A DNA stretch of 64,000 bases, taken from Candidatus Melainabacteria bacterium 17Bon1m. Its GTDB lineage: Bacteria > Cyanobacteriota > Vampirovibrionia > Obscuribacterales > Obscuribacteraceae. Shown piece after piece: positions 36,913-47,605 of this stretch. The stretch covers positions 1 to 64,000 of the forward strand of contig JAVLKG010000015.1 in the NCBI GenBank assembly GCA_032128875.1, read 5' to 3'. The notes beneath the pieces are model-generated. The model was given only the letters and a program-made list of their open reading frames with translations. It was not told the origin of the DNA and did no database searches. The translations under genes and the position numbers were made by a program. Positions within the stretch are counted from its first letter, which is position 1; every line of letters starts with the position of its first letter.

Positions 36913-38148
36913 CTATTCGCTCTTGTAGCGCTTTAGAAGGGCAGCACCGCCAATTCCACCGCCGACGCACAAGGTGCAAATAGCAGTGTCGATTGAGTTG
37001 TCGATGAGCATTTCATAACTGGCAGCACCAATAATTCGCGCACCAGACATGCCTAGTGGATGGCTGAGCGATATTCCGCCGCCGTTATGATTGACTTTAT
37101 CGAAAGGAATTCCCAACCGCTTCAAACAAGCCACTGCCTGTGCGGCAAATGCCTCGTTAAGTTCGAAATAGTCAATTTCAGCTATGTCCATGCCGTGTTT
37201 CGCGAGCAGCCCGTTAACTGCGTTTACCGGTCCCAACCCCATCGATAAGGCGTGCCGACCGCTGAAGTGGAAGTCCACGATTTCTGCAATTGGAGTTAGA
37301 CCCAGGCGCTTCGCCATGCTTTCGGAACACAAAACTAGCGCACAAGCGCCATCGCCCATTCCGCTCGCATTGCCTGCAGTGACAACGCCTGTCCCTGCTT
37401 GATCTCTGAGATCAGCCAGGGCTGCAATGTCTGTCACTCGAGGATGCTCATCCTCAGTTACTAGTCCCACGCCCGGTACAACGATCGGCTCGATTTCCAG
37501 GGCGAGGCGATTACGCTGACTGAGAGCACGGTTTTGGGACATGAGCGCAAACTCGTCAGCGTCTTGGCGCGATACATTCATCAAGTCCGCCACAATCTGT
37601 GCGGTCTTGATCATGTTGAGAGCTTCGGCATCCTTTGACAAAGACAGCGGGCCCAAACCACTTTCGGCAAGACCGATGAAGGGCAACGGACCAAAGAGCT
37701 TCAGCTGCTTGAAGCGTTTCAAAGCCTGCTTGCTCATCTGGCTATAACGGTGTTGTCCCGGTATTATCAGTGGTGCCAGAGACATTGATTCGACGCCCAC
37801 CGCTATCCCTAGATGCGCGTCGCCGCAGGCGATTCGATCAAACACGGCTTGTACGGCTTTCATCCCGGAGGCACATTGCTCCTGCAAAGTGAAGGCTTCA
37901 ATCGATGCAGGCAAACGCGCTTCATTGTAAGCAGAGAAACGAGCCGTATTGGGCTCGAAAAAACTCTGCAACGTGTGACCAAAAGCTATGACGTCAATCC
38001 AGCTCTTGTGTTTGATTCCGGCACGACGAATTGCGCCGGTAAGCGCGTGCGCCCCCAGTTTGGACGGCGGAACTCGGCTGAGTTTCCCACCCAATTTTCC
38101 AATCGGTGTGCGGCTCACAGCCGCAATTAGAACCTTTTGCTTGTTCAT
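36913..38148 (-). CDS. Thiolase (acetyl-CoA C-acyltransferase)
   Basis: Motifs QCASG, TAGNAS, NEAFA, SHPLGMSG and CVGGG. Confidence 0.93.
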   Translation of the reverse strand: MNKQKVLIAAVSRTPIGKLGGKLSRVPPSKLGAHALTGAIRRAGIKHKSWIDVIAFGHTLQSFFEPNTARFSAYNEARLPASIEAFTLQEQCASGMKAVQAVFDRIACGDAHLGIAVGVESMSLAPLIIPGQHRYSQMSKQALKRFKQLKLFGPLPFIGLAESGLGPLSLSKDAEALNMIKTAQIVADLMNVSRQDADEFALMSQNRALSQRNRLALEIEPIVVPGVGLVTEDEHPRVTDIAALADLRDQAGTGVVTAGNASGMGDGACALVLCSESMAKRLGLTPIAEIVDFHFSGRHALSMGLGPVNAVNGLLAKHGMDIAEIDYFELNEAFAAQAVACLKRLGIPFDKVNHNGGGISLSHPLGMSGARIIGAASYEMLIDNSIDTAICTLCVGGGIGGAALLKRYKSE

Positions 38149-38232
38149 GAATTTATCTCGTTCTTTTGAGTTTCGATTGACCGGCGCAGCAAGTCTTTTG
38201 CTACACCGGTCGCTAAGAAGCGCTACCGCGGA

Positions 38233-39804
38233 CTAGCGGAAGAAGCGCTTTAGAGTGTCTTTTACTTCCTCTTCATAGGCCTGCTGACGAGCCGCTTTGA
38301 TTTCGCCTTCATACGTCGCCAGGGTATTCGCATCAGCGACACTGACGGCTTCTCCGCGGGCAATGCGCAGTGCCAAATCAAGTTGTGAGTCTGTTGCTGC
38401 AGTGCCGTCCCTTTTGCTGACGACATCCGGTGTAATTCCAACCCAATCTAAAGCCTTGCCGCCAGCAAGGTACTCCATACAGATGAAGTTAGCCGCATAG
38501 CCATAAGGCAACCCGATAGTGCATTGTCCAACGCCCTTGCCTCGCGTCTGAGCCCCGACAACCACAGCACCTCGTTGTTGTTGAAGAATTCCAGCCATAG
38601 CCTCTGCGCCACTGGCGCTGAATTCGTCCACGATGACGACAATGCGACGATCAAGCGGGAAATGCAGGTCGAACTGCCTGCGATGGGCAGCAGTGTTTCC
38701 AGCCTCCTTTACCACCAGAGCATCCGTCTCCAAAACGAAGTCGGAGCGCACAATCTTGTCACCATCACGCATCATGACACTAGACAAATTGCCCTTCTCC
38801 AGAAGCAACTCACTGCTAAGAAGCACCGCATCGAAGCGACCACCGGGATTGCCGCGCAAGTCCACAATAAGGGCCTTTGCTGCGCAGTCTGCAACGCTTT
38901 CTGCTTCCAGTGTGGATGTTGTGCCGCACAGAACATCAATGGATTTATGCAGGTCATTCGCCACACGCATCGATTCGAAGTGGGAGATGCGCAGATAACC
39001 AACATCATCCAATTTCTTCTCGCTGGTTGTTTTAAAATCGACAATTGCTCGGATCAACTCGAGGTCGATTTTTCCACCTTGTCGCAAAACAGAAAGTTTG
39101 ACCGGTGTGCCTGGTTCACCTCTGATGAGATTAAGGACTTCATCTAGCGATTTACCAGCAACATCTTCACTGCCCACTTTGACTATCACATCACCTTTTT
39201 TCATGCCTCCCTTAAAAGCTGGAGTGCCTTCATCAGGTTCTGCGATCACCACCAGTGGATTATCGCTTTCTATCAATGTTTGGCGCGCTCGGTCTAACTT
39301 CAGCAAAGCAATTAGCTGAGGCGTCGCGTGTTCTGGCAAGCGAATTTGAGAATTGCTCCTTTCGCTCGCAGACAGGGGCATTGCAACACTGGCGCCTATA
39401 CCTGCCAGTTGCCCCTTTTCGATGATCTCATTCTGCTCTACGGCAGAAGGAGTAAAGACGAAATCAAATCGCCCTTTCAGCGACAAAACCATCTCGCTGA
39501 TTGCCTTTAACGTGCCTTCTTCTGTTTCCAGAGCGGACGTCCCATCGAATTTATGCAACCACTTTTGCAAGAAGGCCTGACGGGCACCTCGATTTACTAA
39601 TTCTCGATGCCGCTCAGCGACTGCTAATACCGTGCAGGTGTAAAGCGTTTTTCCGTTGAAGACCGCCTTCTTTGCAGTTTGACACTGCTCGAAAGCGCCT
39701 GCGCTTTTGGGACTTTCTGTTTTCAGATAGTGTGCGCCCAAAAGCAAGACTAAAAATCCCGCCAGAACCCAAAGTCCGTGCGGAAAAAACTTACTTGTTT
39801 TCAT
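38233..39804 (-). CDS. S41 C-terminal processing protease (CtpA-like) with PDZ domain
   Basis: GIGA PDZ loop, DLRGNPGG, SASGAE, TRGKG and GITPD; N-terminal TM/signal segment. Confidence 0.9.
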   Translation of the reverse strand: MKTSKFFPHGLWVLAGFLVLLLGAHYLKTESPKSAGAFEQCQTAKKAVFNGKTLYTCTVLAVAERHRELVNRGARQAFLQKWLHKFDGTSALETEEGTLKAISEMVLSLKGRFDFVFTPSAVEQNEIIEKGQLAGIGASVAMPLSASERSNSQIRLPEHATPQLIALLKLDRARQTLIESDNPLVVIAEPDEGTPAFKGGMKKGDVIVKVGSEDVAGKSLDEVLNLIRGEPGTPVKLSVLRQGGKIDLELIRAIVDFKTTSEKKLDDVGYLRISHFESMRVANDLHKSIDVLCGTTSTLEAESVADCAAKALIVDLRGNPGGRFDAVLLSSELLLEKGNLSSVMMRDGDKIVRSDFVLETDALVVKEAGNTAAHRRQFDLHFPLDRRIVVIVDEFSASGAEAMAGILQQQRGAVVVGAQTRGKGVGQCTIGLPYGYAANFICMEYLAGGKALDWVGITPDVVSKRDGTAATDSQLDLALRIARGEAVSVADANTLATYEGEIKAARQQAYEEEVKDTLKRFFR

Positions 39805-39917
39805 ATATGAGACCTCAAAATCAACAGCATTCAGCTGCAAAAAAGCACCGAGAACTTTTGATTAGCTCTCGATGCGTGAAAAATGTGCCAGCGGATTAAA
39901 ACCGTTGTTGCGTAAAC

Positions 39918-40421
39918 TCAGGGCACATTCGCCGCGACATTGGTGGCGATGAATTGCTTGACCTCATCATCTGTTCGCAACGGTGGTGCGACATTGAGAT
40001 CGTTGCCTTTGAAAACGTAGACCGGATATTGAAGACCGATCGCAGTTTTATTGATCTTCGCCAGCTCCGCTTGCTCCCTTTCGAGCCGCTCAGCGAAATC
40101 GACATTGTCCTTGCTGCTCATCTGGACAAATTTGACCTGCGCAAATCCCTGACGCACTCTCGCCAGAACATCCTTGTCTGCCTTGCATTGCCCTGGTTTA
40201 CACACCTGTATCAGAACATTGCTCGCATTATCCAGCTCTGCAGCATAATCTGCCGGCGTCACCACTTTGATTTCGCCTCCAGTTGCCACAGGCTGTCTAA
40301 CTCCGACAGGGCTTGAGTGCCCACGCCAAAAAGCAGATATCAGCCAGACACTGATAATTAGAAGGCACGCAACCACCTGTGCTGCGAGCGGGAGTCCACG
40401 AAAATACTTTCTTGATGCCAT
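39918..40421 (-). CDS. Membrane-anchored thioredoxin-like fold protein
   Basis: TM segment, then VLIQVCKPGQCK (atypical Cx4C), VKFVQM and the cis-Pro-like YPVYVFK. Confidence 0.65.
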   Translation of the reverse strand: MASRKYFRGLPLAAQVVACLLIISVWLISAFWRGHSSPVGVRQPVATGGEIKVVTPADYAAELDNASNVLIQVCKPGQCKADKDVLARVRQGFAQVKFVQMSSKDNVDFAERLEREQAELAKINKTAIGLQYPVYVFKGNDLNVAPPLRTDDEVKQFIATNVAANVP

Positions 40422-40466
40422 TTTTTTCTCCTGGTGTTTTGGAAACTGCCGTTCGTTTGCAGCAGG

Positions 40467-41294
40467 TTAGACTTGCTCAGAATTGCCAGAAGTGGAAACT
40501 AGCTGTACTGCCTCGCATCGCTTAGATGTTTGCCAATAGCAATACCAGAAGGACGCATAAAGCAGCGTCAAAAGAACACCGGTCGCTGTGCCTTGAGACT
40601 GTGCAATTGTGTCCCACAATCCATGCAAAAAGATGGCTGGAATCACGCCCAATAACATCAGAAAAAATCTGTTGGTGCCCCGCATGAAGTAGGCGATACC
40701 GAGAGTGGCGCCCCAGAAAGAAGCATAAAGAGCGTGCAGAGGCACACGTATAAATGCTCCCAGGAAAAACGCCTCGGCAATCCCTGACTGAATTTGGACA
40801 AGATAGAGATTGTGGTAGATGTTTTCGTATGATGCAAAGCCCAAAGCCGCTGCACAAGCCAGAACTACACCCTCTCGAGGATGTTTGATAGCGTCAGGTG
40901 CCAAATATTTGATCACGATGAGGACAGCAGTCAGCTTAAGCAGCTCCTCCACCAGACCGGCACGCAAAACGAAGTACATGAGCACGTTTCCGGCGGAAAC
41001 AGAAGCAAAGGTGTTATTTAGCGACTCAGCTACAGCGACAATTGCTGGAGCTATTAAGCAAGACATTGAAAAACTAAGAACGACAGGCCAAACCTTTCCG
41101 CCAGCAGCTTGCACCGAGCGTTTTGGCGCTTTGCGAAATTCGGTGAGTCGGCGCGGCAAGCAAAAAACAAATAGCCAGGCCACCGGAACTGCGATAGCAA
41201 GGGTACCGTACATCAAACCAATGTCTCTGCCTGCAAAAACAATGGTGACCAGCGCCAGAGCAATTGTCATAAGACGCAAATTTGTTTTACTCAT
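40467..41294 (-). CDS. prsW: PrsW family intramembrane protease
   Basis: Motifs GLVEELLK, LGFASYEN, PLHA and LHGLWD; GAGGAG RBS. Confidence 0.88.
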   Translation of the reverse strand: MSKTNLRLMTIALALVTIVFAGRDIGLMYGTLAIAVPVAWLFVFCLPRRLTEFRKAPKRSVQAAGGKVWPVVLSFSMSCLIAPAIVAVAESLNNTFASVSAGNVLMYFVLRAGLVEELLKLTAVLIVIKYLAPDAIKHPREGVVLACAAALGFASYENIYHNLYLVQIQSGIAEAFFLGAFIRVPLHALYASFWGATLGIAYFMRGTNRFFLMLLGVIPAIFLHGLWDTIAQSQGTATGVLLTLLYASFWYCYWQTSKRCEAVQLVSTSGNSEQV

Positions 41295-42042
41295 AAAAAA
41301 CTCCTCTTGCCTAAGCAAGACTCAAGGTTGAATCAGTCGCAGACCCCTTGTCTCCACATCGACGCCCAAACCTCATGCCGCAATCGGCATTTAAAGCGTT
41401 CGAAACCGGGAAGCAGTGAAGTTAGGAAGGGCTCTTTGAATGAAAAGAATTGGAGAATTTGGTCCTGACGCTAGCAACAAACTATTGGCATAAACAACCA
41501 AAAGTTTTGTCACTCTTTTATATGACTGACATCATCAAAAGCAGAGCCAGTGCGCAAAATGCGGCTGTAGTGAAGTTCTCCATAGATTGGTTTGACTATT
41601 CAGGCCGGTCCTAAGGAATTTCATCGGACAGTTTCAACTAAGCGAAGTCTCCGTGCGCAGCAAACAACAGTCCCACCAAATTCCAGACAAGCGGCCCGAT
41701 CCCGACATCGCGGCTAATCCATAGTCAAAACTCCAGCGGTCATTACACTTTCAGCCCTCTCTCCCTGACAGGATTTGCTTCAGGTCTCGAATTCGACTGG
41801 AAAAGACGGCAAAGGGATCAACTCCACGCGTTTCTTAAGCCTGGAGACAAACTCACGGTCTCGTCTTTTTTAACGCATTTTGGACACGCTTATCCAATTC
41901 GTCAAGGCTGGCAATAAGCTCAAATCATCCAAAGTGACGCGGCTTCAGGTAAGGAGAATTACTTCTGCCAAAAACCGGGAAAGACAAATCTGCACTTCCC
42001 TTATAATGAGATGTCCGTCTGCGCATGCCGTAGAGAATCAAT

Positions 42043-43515
42043 TTGAATTTCTTACTCAATCTCGAATATCTTCCGCGCCTACCACTGAATAAGCGCTTAT
42101 CGAAGGCATTGCGCAAAGCAATCGAAGAAGGCAGATTGAGGCCAGGCGACGCCCTTCCATCAACCAGAGACCTGGCGACCAATCTCAAGATATCTCGCTC
42201 CACAATTCTGTCTGCAATGGAAGAATTAGTCGAAGAAGGCTTGATCATTGCATTGCCTGGTTCTGGCTACTACGTGAAAGAAACGGATATCGTAGAAGAT
42301 TTCCAGCCGAGTCTAAATTCTGAATTTACCAAACCGCTCAGGTTGAGCGAGTTTGCTAAACGAGTCCGCGATGTACACGCTGAGATGCAAACGCGCTGGT
42401 TGGAAAAGTTGCCTGATATTAATTATGGAACCATACCTAGCACCCTGACACCGCATAAAGAATGGGAAAGAATGATGCGGCGCTATTGCCGGGCGACTGA
42501 CATCGACACCCTCACGCCAACCATTCAACCGTTCGGTTATCCGCCCTTACGAGAAGCAGTTGCAGCGTATCTCCATCGAGCCCGCGCCGTAAAATGCGAC
42601 AACAGGCAGGTCGCTATTTTTTCTTCCAAACAATTACGCTTGGAATTGATCACGAGAATTTTGATAAATCCAGGAGACTATGTGGCTTTTGAAGAGCCGG
42701 CTTACGCAGAAGCGAAGTATCTTCTCAAAGCGCATGGCGCAATAATTCGCCCAGTGGCTACGGACGAGCAGGGTCTTGTAGTGGACGAACTTTTCAAAGA
42801 TGCTACGCCCGTCAAAATGATTTATGTAACTCCATCTCACCAGGATCCAACCGGTTCTGTAATGTCTCTGGAAAGGCGCAAGAAACTGCTCCATTGGGCT
42901 TACAAAACCGGCACGATAATCATTGAAGACGATTATGACTGCGAGTACAGGTACGGCAAAAAAAGTCTTCCCTCCCTTCAAGCCCTGGACGAATTCGATA
43001 ACGTCATCTATTTGGCCTCGATTTGGAAGTCTCTTTCATTAGTCGGTTTTGGTTTTACAGTCTTTCCACGACGCCTGGCAGACGTGGCACAAATGGCAAA
43101 AATGGAAATGGAAAAATACTTGCCGGTCGCCGAGCAAGTTGCGCTTACAGACTTGATTAATGAGGGTCATCTGGAAAAATATTTGCGCAAATCACAAGCA
43201 AAACTGGCATTGCGAAGACAGGAGATGATTTTGGCTCTGGCCAAATATTTCAAGAATCGACTCAGTCTTTTTTCGGAAGGAGCCGGAACGCACCTGGTAG
43301 TGCGGTTTATCAGCACCAGCGAAAACCTAGTGGTAGAAACGGCAAAAGTCGCAGGAATCAGCATCATGAGTACTGCATCCTATTACGAAGAGTCGCCTCG
43401 GCAAGGGGAATTCATGCTTCCCTTCGCCTGCTATCAGAACGCAGAAGTGGACACACGTGTCAAGAAATGGGCTGATGAATTGAAAAAACGGTTAGCAAAA
43501 CATGCCACTAACTAA
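42043..43515 (+). CDS. MocR/GabR-family regulator (GntR wHTH plus PLP domain)
   Basis: Motifs LPSTRDLA, GSGYYV, YVTPSHQDPTG, EDDYD and SIWK. Confidence 0.92.
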   Translation: MNFLLNLEYLPRLPLNKRLSKALRKAIEEGRLRPGDALPSTRDLATNLKISRSTILSAMEELVEEGLIIALPGSGYYVKETDIVEDFQPSLNSEFTKPLRLSEFAKRVRDVHAEMQTRWLEKLPDINYGTIPSTLTPHKEWERMMRRYCRATDIDTLTPTIQPFGYPPLREAVAAYLHRARAVKCDNRQVAIFSSKQLRLELITRILINPGDYVAFEEPAYAEAKYLLKAHGAIIRPVATDEQGLVVDELFKDATPVKMIYVTPSHQDPTGSVMSLERRKKLLHWAYKTGTIIIEDDYDCEYRYGKKSLPSLQALDEFDNVIYLASIWKSLSLVGFGFTVFPRRLADVAQMAKMEMEKYLPVAEQVALTDLINEGHLEKYLRKSQAKLALRRQEMILALAKYFKNRLSLFSEGAGTHLVVRFISTSENLVVETAKVAGISIMSTASYYEESPRQGEFMLPFACYQNAEVDTRVKKWADELKKRLAKHATN

Positions 43516-44959
43516 CTTAGACTTGCAACTAGATCCGTTTTCAAAGATTCCTCTCGGTCGCCAACTGACCGACAAACTGCGTCGAGCTATCATCGAAGAG
43601 CAAATTGCCTCAGGCAGCGTGCTGCCGTCAATCAGAACGCTTGCAACCAAGCTAAATGTTTCGCGCTCTACAGTAATGAGATGCTACGAGGAGTTAGCGG
43701 GTCAGGGATATATCTCAATCACCCCAGGCTCAAACACTTCGGTCTGCAAACGCATGCCTGGCGAGTTAGAGAAAAAGCATTCGCCGCTCGAACTCGAACC
43801 GAATGAGAATTTCACACCTCCTGCACTTTCGCACTACGCCGAAAAACTTCTCTTTGCGGCGCGCGAAGCCCCCGCGCAATCAAAATTCTTTCTCAACTAC
43901 GGAGGACCGCCTTTAGATACGGCTCCCGTAGATCGATGGCGTGAGCTTATAGGCATTCACATAAAGAAGAAGCAAAGCCCACACTGCTCATCCGCTGGAT
44001 ATTTACCGCTGCGAAAAGTCTACAGCGATTATCTTTCGCGCACACGCGCAATAAGATGCGACATATCGCAAGTTTTTGTTTTTACGGCCCGAGAACTGCG
44101 CCTGGATTTGCTGTGCCGCTTGCTGTTGGAGCCCGGTGATGCTGTGGCCGTTGAAAATCCTGGATACCCTGGCGCGAGGCAACGTTTTGCCGTGCATGGA
44201 GCAAAAATTGTGCCTATTCCGGTGGACTACCAGGGACTGGATACAGATTATCTAGCTAATTTGAAAGAAGACATCAAGATGGTTTATTTGACGCCATCTC
44301 ACCACGAGCCTACCGGTGTAGTCATGCCGGCAAGTAGAAGAAAAAAACTGCTCAGTTGGGCGGAATCGAGGGGCGCAATCATTGTTGAGGATGACTACGA
44401 CTCAGAATTTCGCTACGACTCGAGACCAATTGCATCTCTGATGAGTATGGATGAATCGGACTCCGTGGTCCATATTTCATGCCTCTGGAAAACACTATCT
44501 CCCGTTTCGAAATTGGGATTCATGATAGTGCCAAAACGCTTGTCACACATCCTAGCTTGTGCGAAAGCTCTTGTAGAGCGCGAAACACCACCACTTGAAA
44601 CTTTGGTGCTTACTGACTTTATCAAGACCGGCAATCTGGAGAGGATCATCAGCAAAAATCGCAAAATCTACGAATCGCGAAGAAGCTCTCTAGTCAACGC
44701 ACTGAAGACCGCCTTTGCCGAAAAAATTACCATGTCATCCGAAAGTGCAGGCATGGACCTTTTCGTCCGGCTCGATTGCCCCCTTCTTGAAATTGAAATT
44801 CTAAAAATGGCGCAGAAGGCAGAATTACCGATAGTGAGCGCTGCACCTTATTACGTCGACACGCCACCCGGCAAGGAATTTATCATTCCTTTCTCTGAAA
44901 TTCCGGAGCAGGTAGTGGAAGAAAAAGTCAAAAATTGGGTCAAGCTCTTACAAATGTAA
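43502..44959 (+). CDS. MocR/GabR-family regulator (second copy)
   Basis: Motifs LPSIRTLA, YLTPSHHEPTG, EDDYDSEF and CLWK; overlaps the first copy by 14 nt. Confidence 0.92.
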   Translation: MPLTNLDLQLDPFSKIPLGRQLTDKLRRAIIEEQIASGSVLPSIRTLATKLNVSRSTVMRCYEELAGQGYISITPGSNTSVCKRMPGELEKKHSPLELEPNENFTPPALSHYAEKLLFAAREAPAQSKFFLNYGGPPLDTAPVDRWRELIGIHIKKKQSPHCSSAGYLPLRKVYSDYLSRTRAIRCDISQVFVFTARELRLDLLCRLLLEPGDAVAVENPGYPGARQRFAVHGAKIVPIPVDYQGLDTDYLANLKEDIKMVYLTPSHHEPTGVVMPASRRKKLLSWAESRGAIIVEDDYDSEFRYDSRPIASLMSMDESDSVVHISCLWKTLSPVSKLGFMIVPKRLSHILACAKALVERETPPLETLVLTDFIKTGNLERIISKNRKIYESRRSSLVNALKTAFAEKITMSSESAGMDLFVRLDCPLLEIEILKMAQKAELPIVSAAPYYVDTPPGKEFIIPFSEIPEQVVEEKVKNWVKLLQM

Positions 44960-45375
44960 CAGCAGGCGAGCGTGCCTTTCATGAAAGTATAGATTGCCTT
45001 ACAAAGCGGCACACGATTTCTCGCAAAAGCGGCCTCGATGGGTTCGACTTGGAATCTGTATTCGCCCCGCAAAACACTGTGAATACGGGCGTTGCGAGCA
45101 AATCACGCAGCAAGCCAAGTGAAATAATCTGCCACCGCAGGAAAAAGACTGGTGTCGGTATCACCGTCTGTGATACCGCTCTGGTGCAGGTTTGAGAGGA
45201 GTAGACAAAATGCATATTACTGAGATCCTCGGTTTTGCTTATATATTCTTTGCTGCAATTTTTTGCTTTATTCTCACAACTCGAACATAAACCACCAAAC
45301 TAGAAGGTCTGATATGGAAATTGTCGATGTAATGGAATACATTGGTGTCGCAAATCTAGTCGTCATCTTTTTTCT

Positions 45376-46548
45376 GTGGTTAACAGTAATCCGATATCAA
45401 TAATCGAAAAAAGAACTCGCGTTGTTGCAAGCACGTTTATAGCCGCAAGCACCACGATGTTTTTGTTGGGCTCTGCGGCTTTCTCGTGTGCGCAGTGCGG
45501 CCACGGATTTGACGCGCTGAGTAAGGGTCAAATTGCAAAAGCGATTCGACAGTTCAACACCGTAATTCGGGCAAATCCAAGCTGCTCACAAGCTTATTTG
45601 GGCATGGGCGAAGCATTTATTGAACTAAGAAAATATGATGTTGCGAAAGACCAACTCGACCGCGCTCTGGCTCTTGATCCTCGCTCATTCCGCGCCTACT
45701 ATTTAAGAGCCCGAGCCAATCAAGAATTGAAAAATCCTAAGGCTGCGCTAGCAGATGCGTCTATCGCGATAAAACTCAATTCAAAGTTTGCTCCAGCATA
45801 TGCGCTTCGCGCAAAGGCTTACTACGAACTTGTCTACATTTGTTTTAGTAATGACCAGGGTTATACAAAACTTGGACTTGCTGATCTGGATAAAGCAATG
45901 GAGCTGGACCCCTCATTCGCCGAAGGATTTAAAAGTAAAGGGATTTGGCTATTGAGCGAGAAAAAGCACAAAGAAGCTCTCAAATTTCTCGACCGCGCTA
46001 TACAACTTTCGCCACAAGACTCATCGATTTACGGTTACAGGTCTATGGTTTATTCCGAAATCGGAAACTATCCAAAAGCGCTGGCAGACCTGAATAGCCT
46101 TGTGCGAATGCGCCCCAACAACAGAATTAGTTTGATGAGGCGCTCCGACCTTTACTTTCTAATGGGTGATCAAAAGCACGGCTTGGAAGATTTGAGCACC
46201 GCTATTTCTATCAATCCAAAAGACTCATCACTGAGAAATTTACGAGCCTCCGCCTACACAAAGTTGAACCGATTTCCAGAAGCTTTAGCCGACTACTTGG
46301 TTGTTGCAAAAAATAATGCGCTGGATGATGAAGCCTACAAGCACATTGGCGATGTCTATTTCAAAATGGCGAAATACTCGTTGAGCTTTGAGAATTACAG
46401 TAAAGCAATCGAACTAAGGCCTGACTCCCCTGCAAATTACGAAGCACGCAGTATTGCACTAGAAAAACTCGGACGCTTCAAGGAAGCAGCAAAAGATCGG
46501 CAATGCGCTCGTGATGCGAAGGATGCGCCAGCCGAGAAACGCCTTTAA
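45376..46548 (+). CDS. TPR-repeat protein, probably exported
   Basis: Many 34-aa AY..R/A..D...AI.L.P units; hydrophobic N-terminus; start uncertain. Confidence 0.88.
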   Translation: MVNSNPISIIEKRTRVVASTFIAASTTMFLLGSAAFSCAQCGHGFDALSKGQIAKAIRQFNTVIRANPSCSQAYLGMGEAFIELRKYDVAKDQLDRALALDPRSFRAYYLRARANQELKNPKAALADASIAIKLNSKFAPAYALRAKAYYELVYICFSNDQGYTKLGLADLDKAMELDPSFAEGFKSKGIWLLSEKKHKEALKFLDRAIQLSPQDSSIYGYRSMVYSEIGNYPKALADLNSLVRMRPNNRISLMRRSDLYFLMGDQKHGLEDLSTAISINPKDSSLRNLRASAYTKLNRFPEALADYLVVAKNNALDDEAYKHIGDVYFKMAKYSLSFENYSKAIELRPDSPANYEARSIALEKLGRFKEAAKDRQCARDAKDAPAEKRL

Positions 46549-46723
46549 GAGTCGCTGATTTACATGTCTATAGCCCATAGTTCGCCCTTAGGTTGCAAAT
46601 GAATATAACGCGACAACGCGGATCAAACCAGTCCTATTACTTCGGATAGTATTATGCAGATAAGAGGAAAAACCCGAGGAGGGCGACTTGCACCGCACTC
46701 CCCGAGCCTTTCAAGCTGCGTTG

Positions 46724-47605
46724 TTAGGCAGCCTTCGCGACCTTGCCGACGTCCTGCGGGCGCGGCGCGAACCGGTTGCGGACGAGACGTTCGACGACCG
46801 TGTCAGCCAGGCGAGCGAAGGTGAACTTCGTTTCGCCGGCAGCGATCATCGCTTCGAGTTGCGGACGATACCAGAGAATGGCTTCGTCCGTTTCGCGATC
46901 GACATCGGGAATCGTCTCATGAGCTTCCATGCAGAGGTCCAGATATTCCTGAACATCCAGCGTGGCGCCCGTGAGATCGATAGCCTTGCCGCCGGCGTCC
47001 TGCTCGAGCGGGTAGAACCCGAGCGAGAGGTACTTGACGGGCGAACCTTTGCAGGGCTCTCCATCTTTGTCGACAGTCGGCATGCCGGACTGCCAGTAGA
47101 CCGGCAGGCGACCGAACGAGTCGTGCAGCACGTAGAGACCCATGCGAGCCCACAGCACTTCACGATCTTCGGTAGCCAGACCGGCGGCGGCATCAGCCTT
47201 GAGCTGCTCCCAGGACATCTTCGAGCGGTCGTTGAACTCCATGAAGACGTATTTGGCACCGGTCTTACGCCAGTCGTCCGTCGCGATGCGAAGGAGCTGA
47301 CGGAAGTTGGTGTAGCAGCGGGCTTCCGGAGTCAACCAGATGTGTTCGCCCCAGATGAAGCGACCACGGACCTGGTACTGGATGCCGCCTAGCACTTCGC
47401 CGTTCTCAGAGAGAAGGGCGAGCATGTGCCAGTCGAACGAGTCATCGGCGAAGTAGCCTTTGTAGGTGTCGGCGTCTTCGCGCTCGTCTTCATCAGGAAA
47501 CGCGGCTTCAAAGCCAGGCATGTAGGCGTCGAACATCGGCGCGAATTGATCCGACTTGCCACGGAAAAGGGCACGCAGGTCGACATAGTTCTTGATCAGT
47601 TCCAT
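46724..47605 (-). CDS. Putative GNAT-fold acyltransferase
   Basis: Pattern AFPDEDERE, VLGGI, EHIWLTPEAR, VFME, LWARMG and YWQ; strong codon bias. Confidence 0.65.
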   Translation of the reverse strand: MELIKNYVDLRALFRGKSDQFAPMFDAYMPGFEAAFPDEDEREDADTYKGYFADDSFDWHMLALLSENGEVLGGIQYQVRGRFIWGEHIWLTPEARCYTNFRQLLRIATDDWRKTGAKYVFMEFNDRSKMSWEQLKADAAAGLATEDREVLWARMGLYVLHDSFGRLPVYWQSGMPTVDKDGEPCKGSPVKYLSLGFYPLEQDAGGKAIDLTGATLDVQEYLDLCMEAHETIPDVDRETDEAILWYRPQLEAMIAAGETKFTFARLADTVVERLVRNRFAPRPQDVGKVAKAA

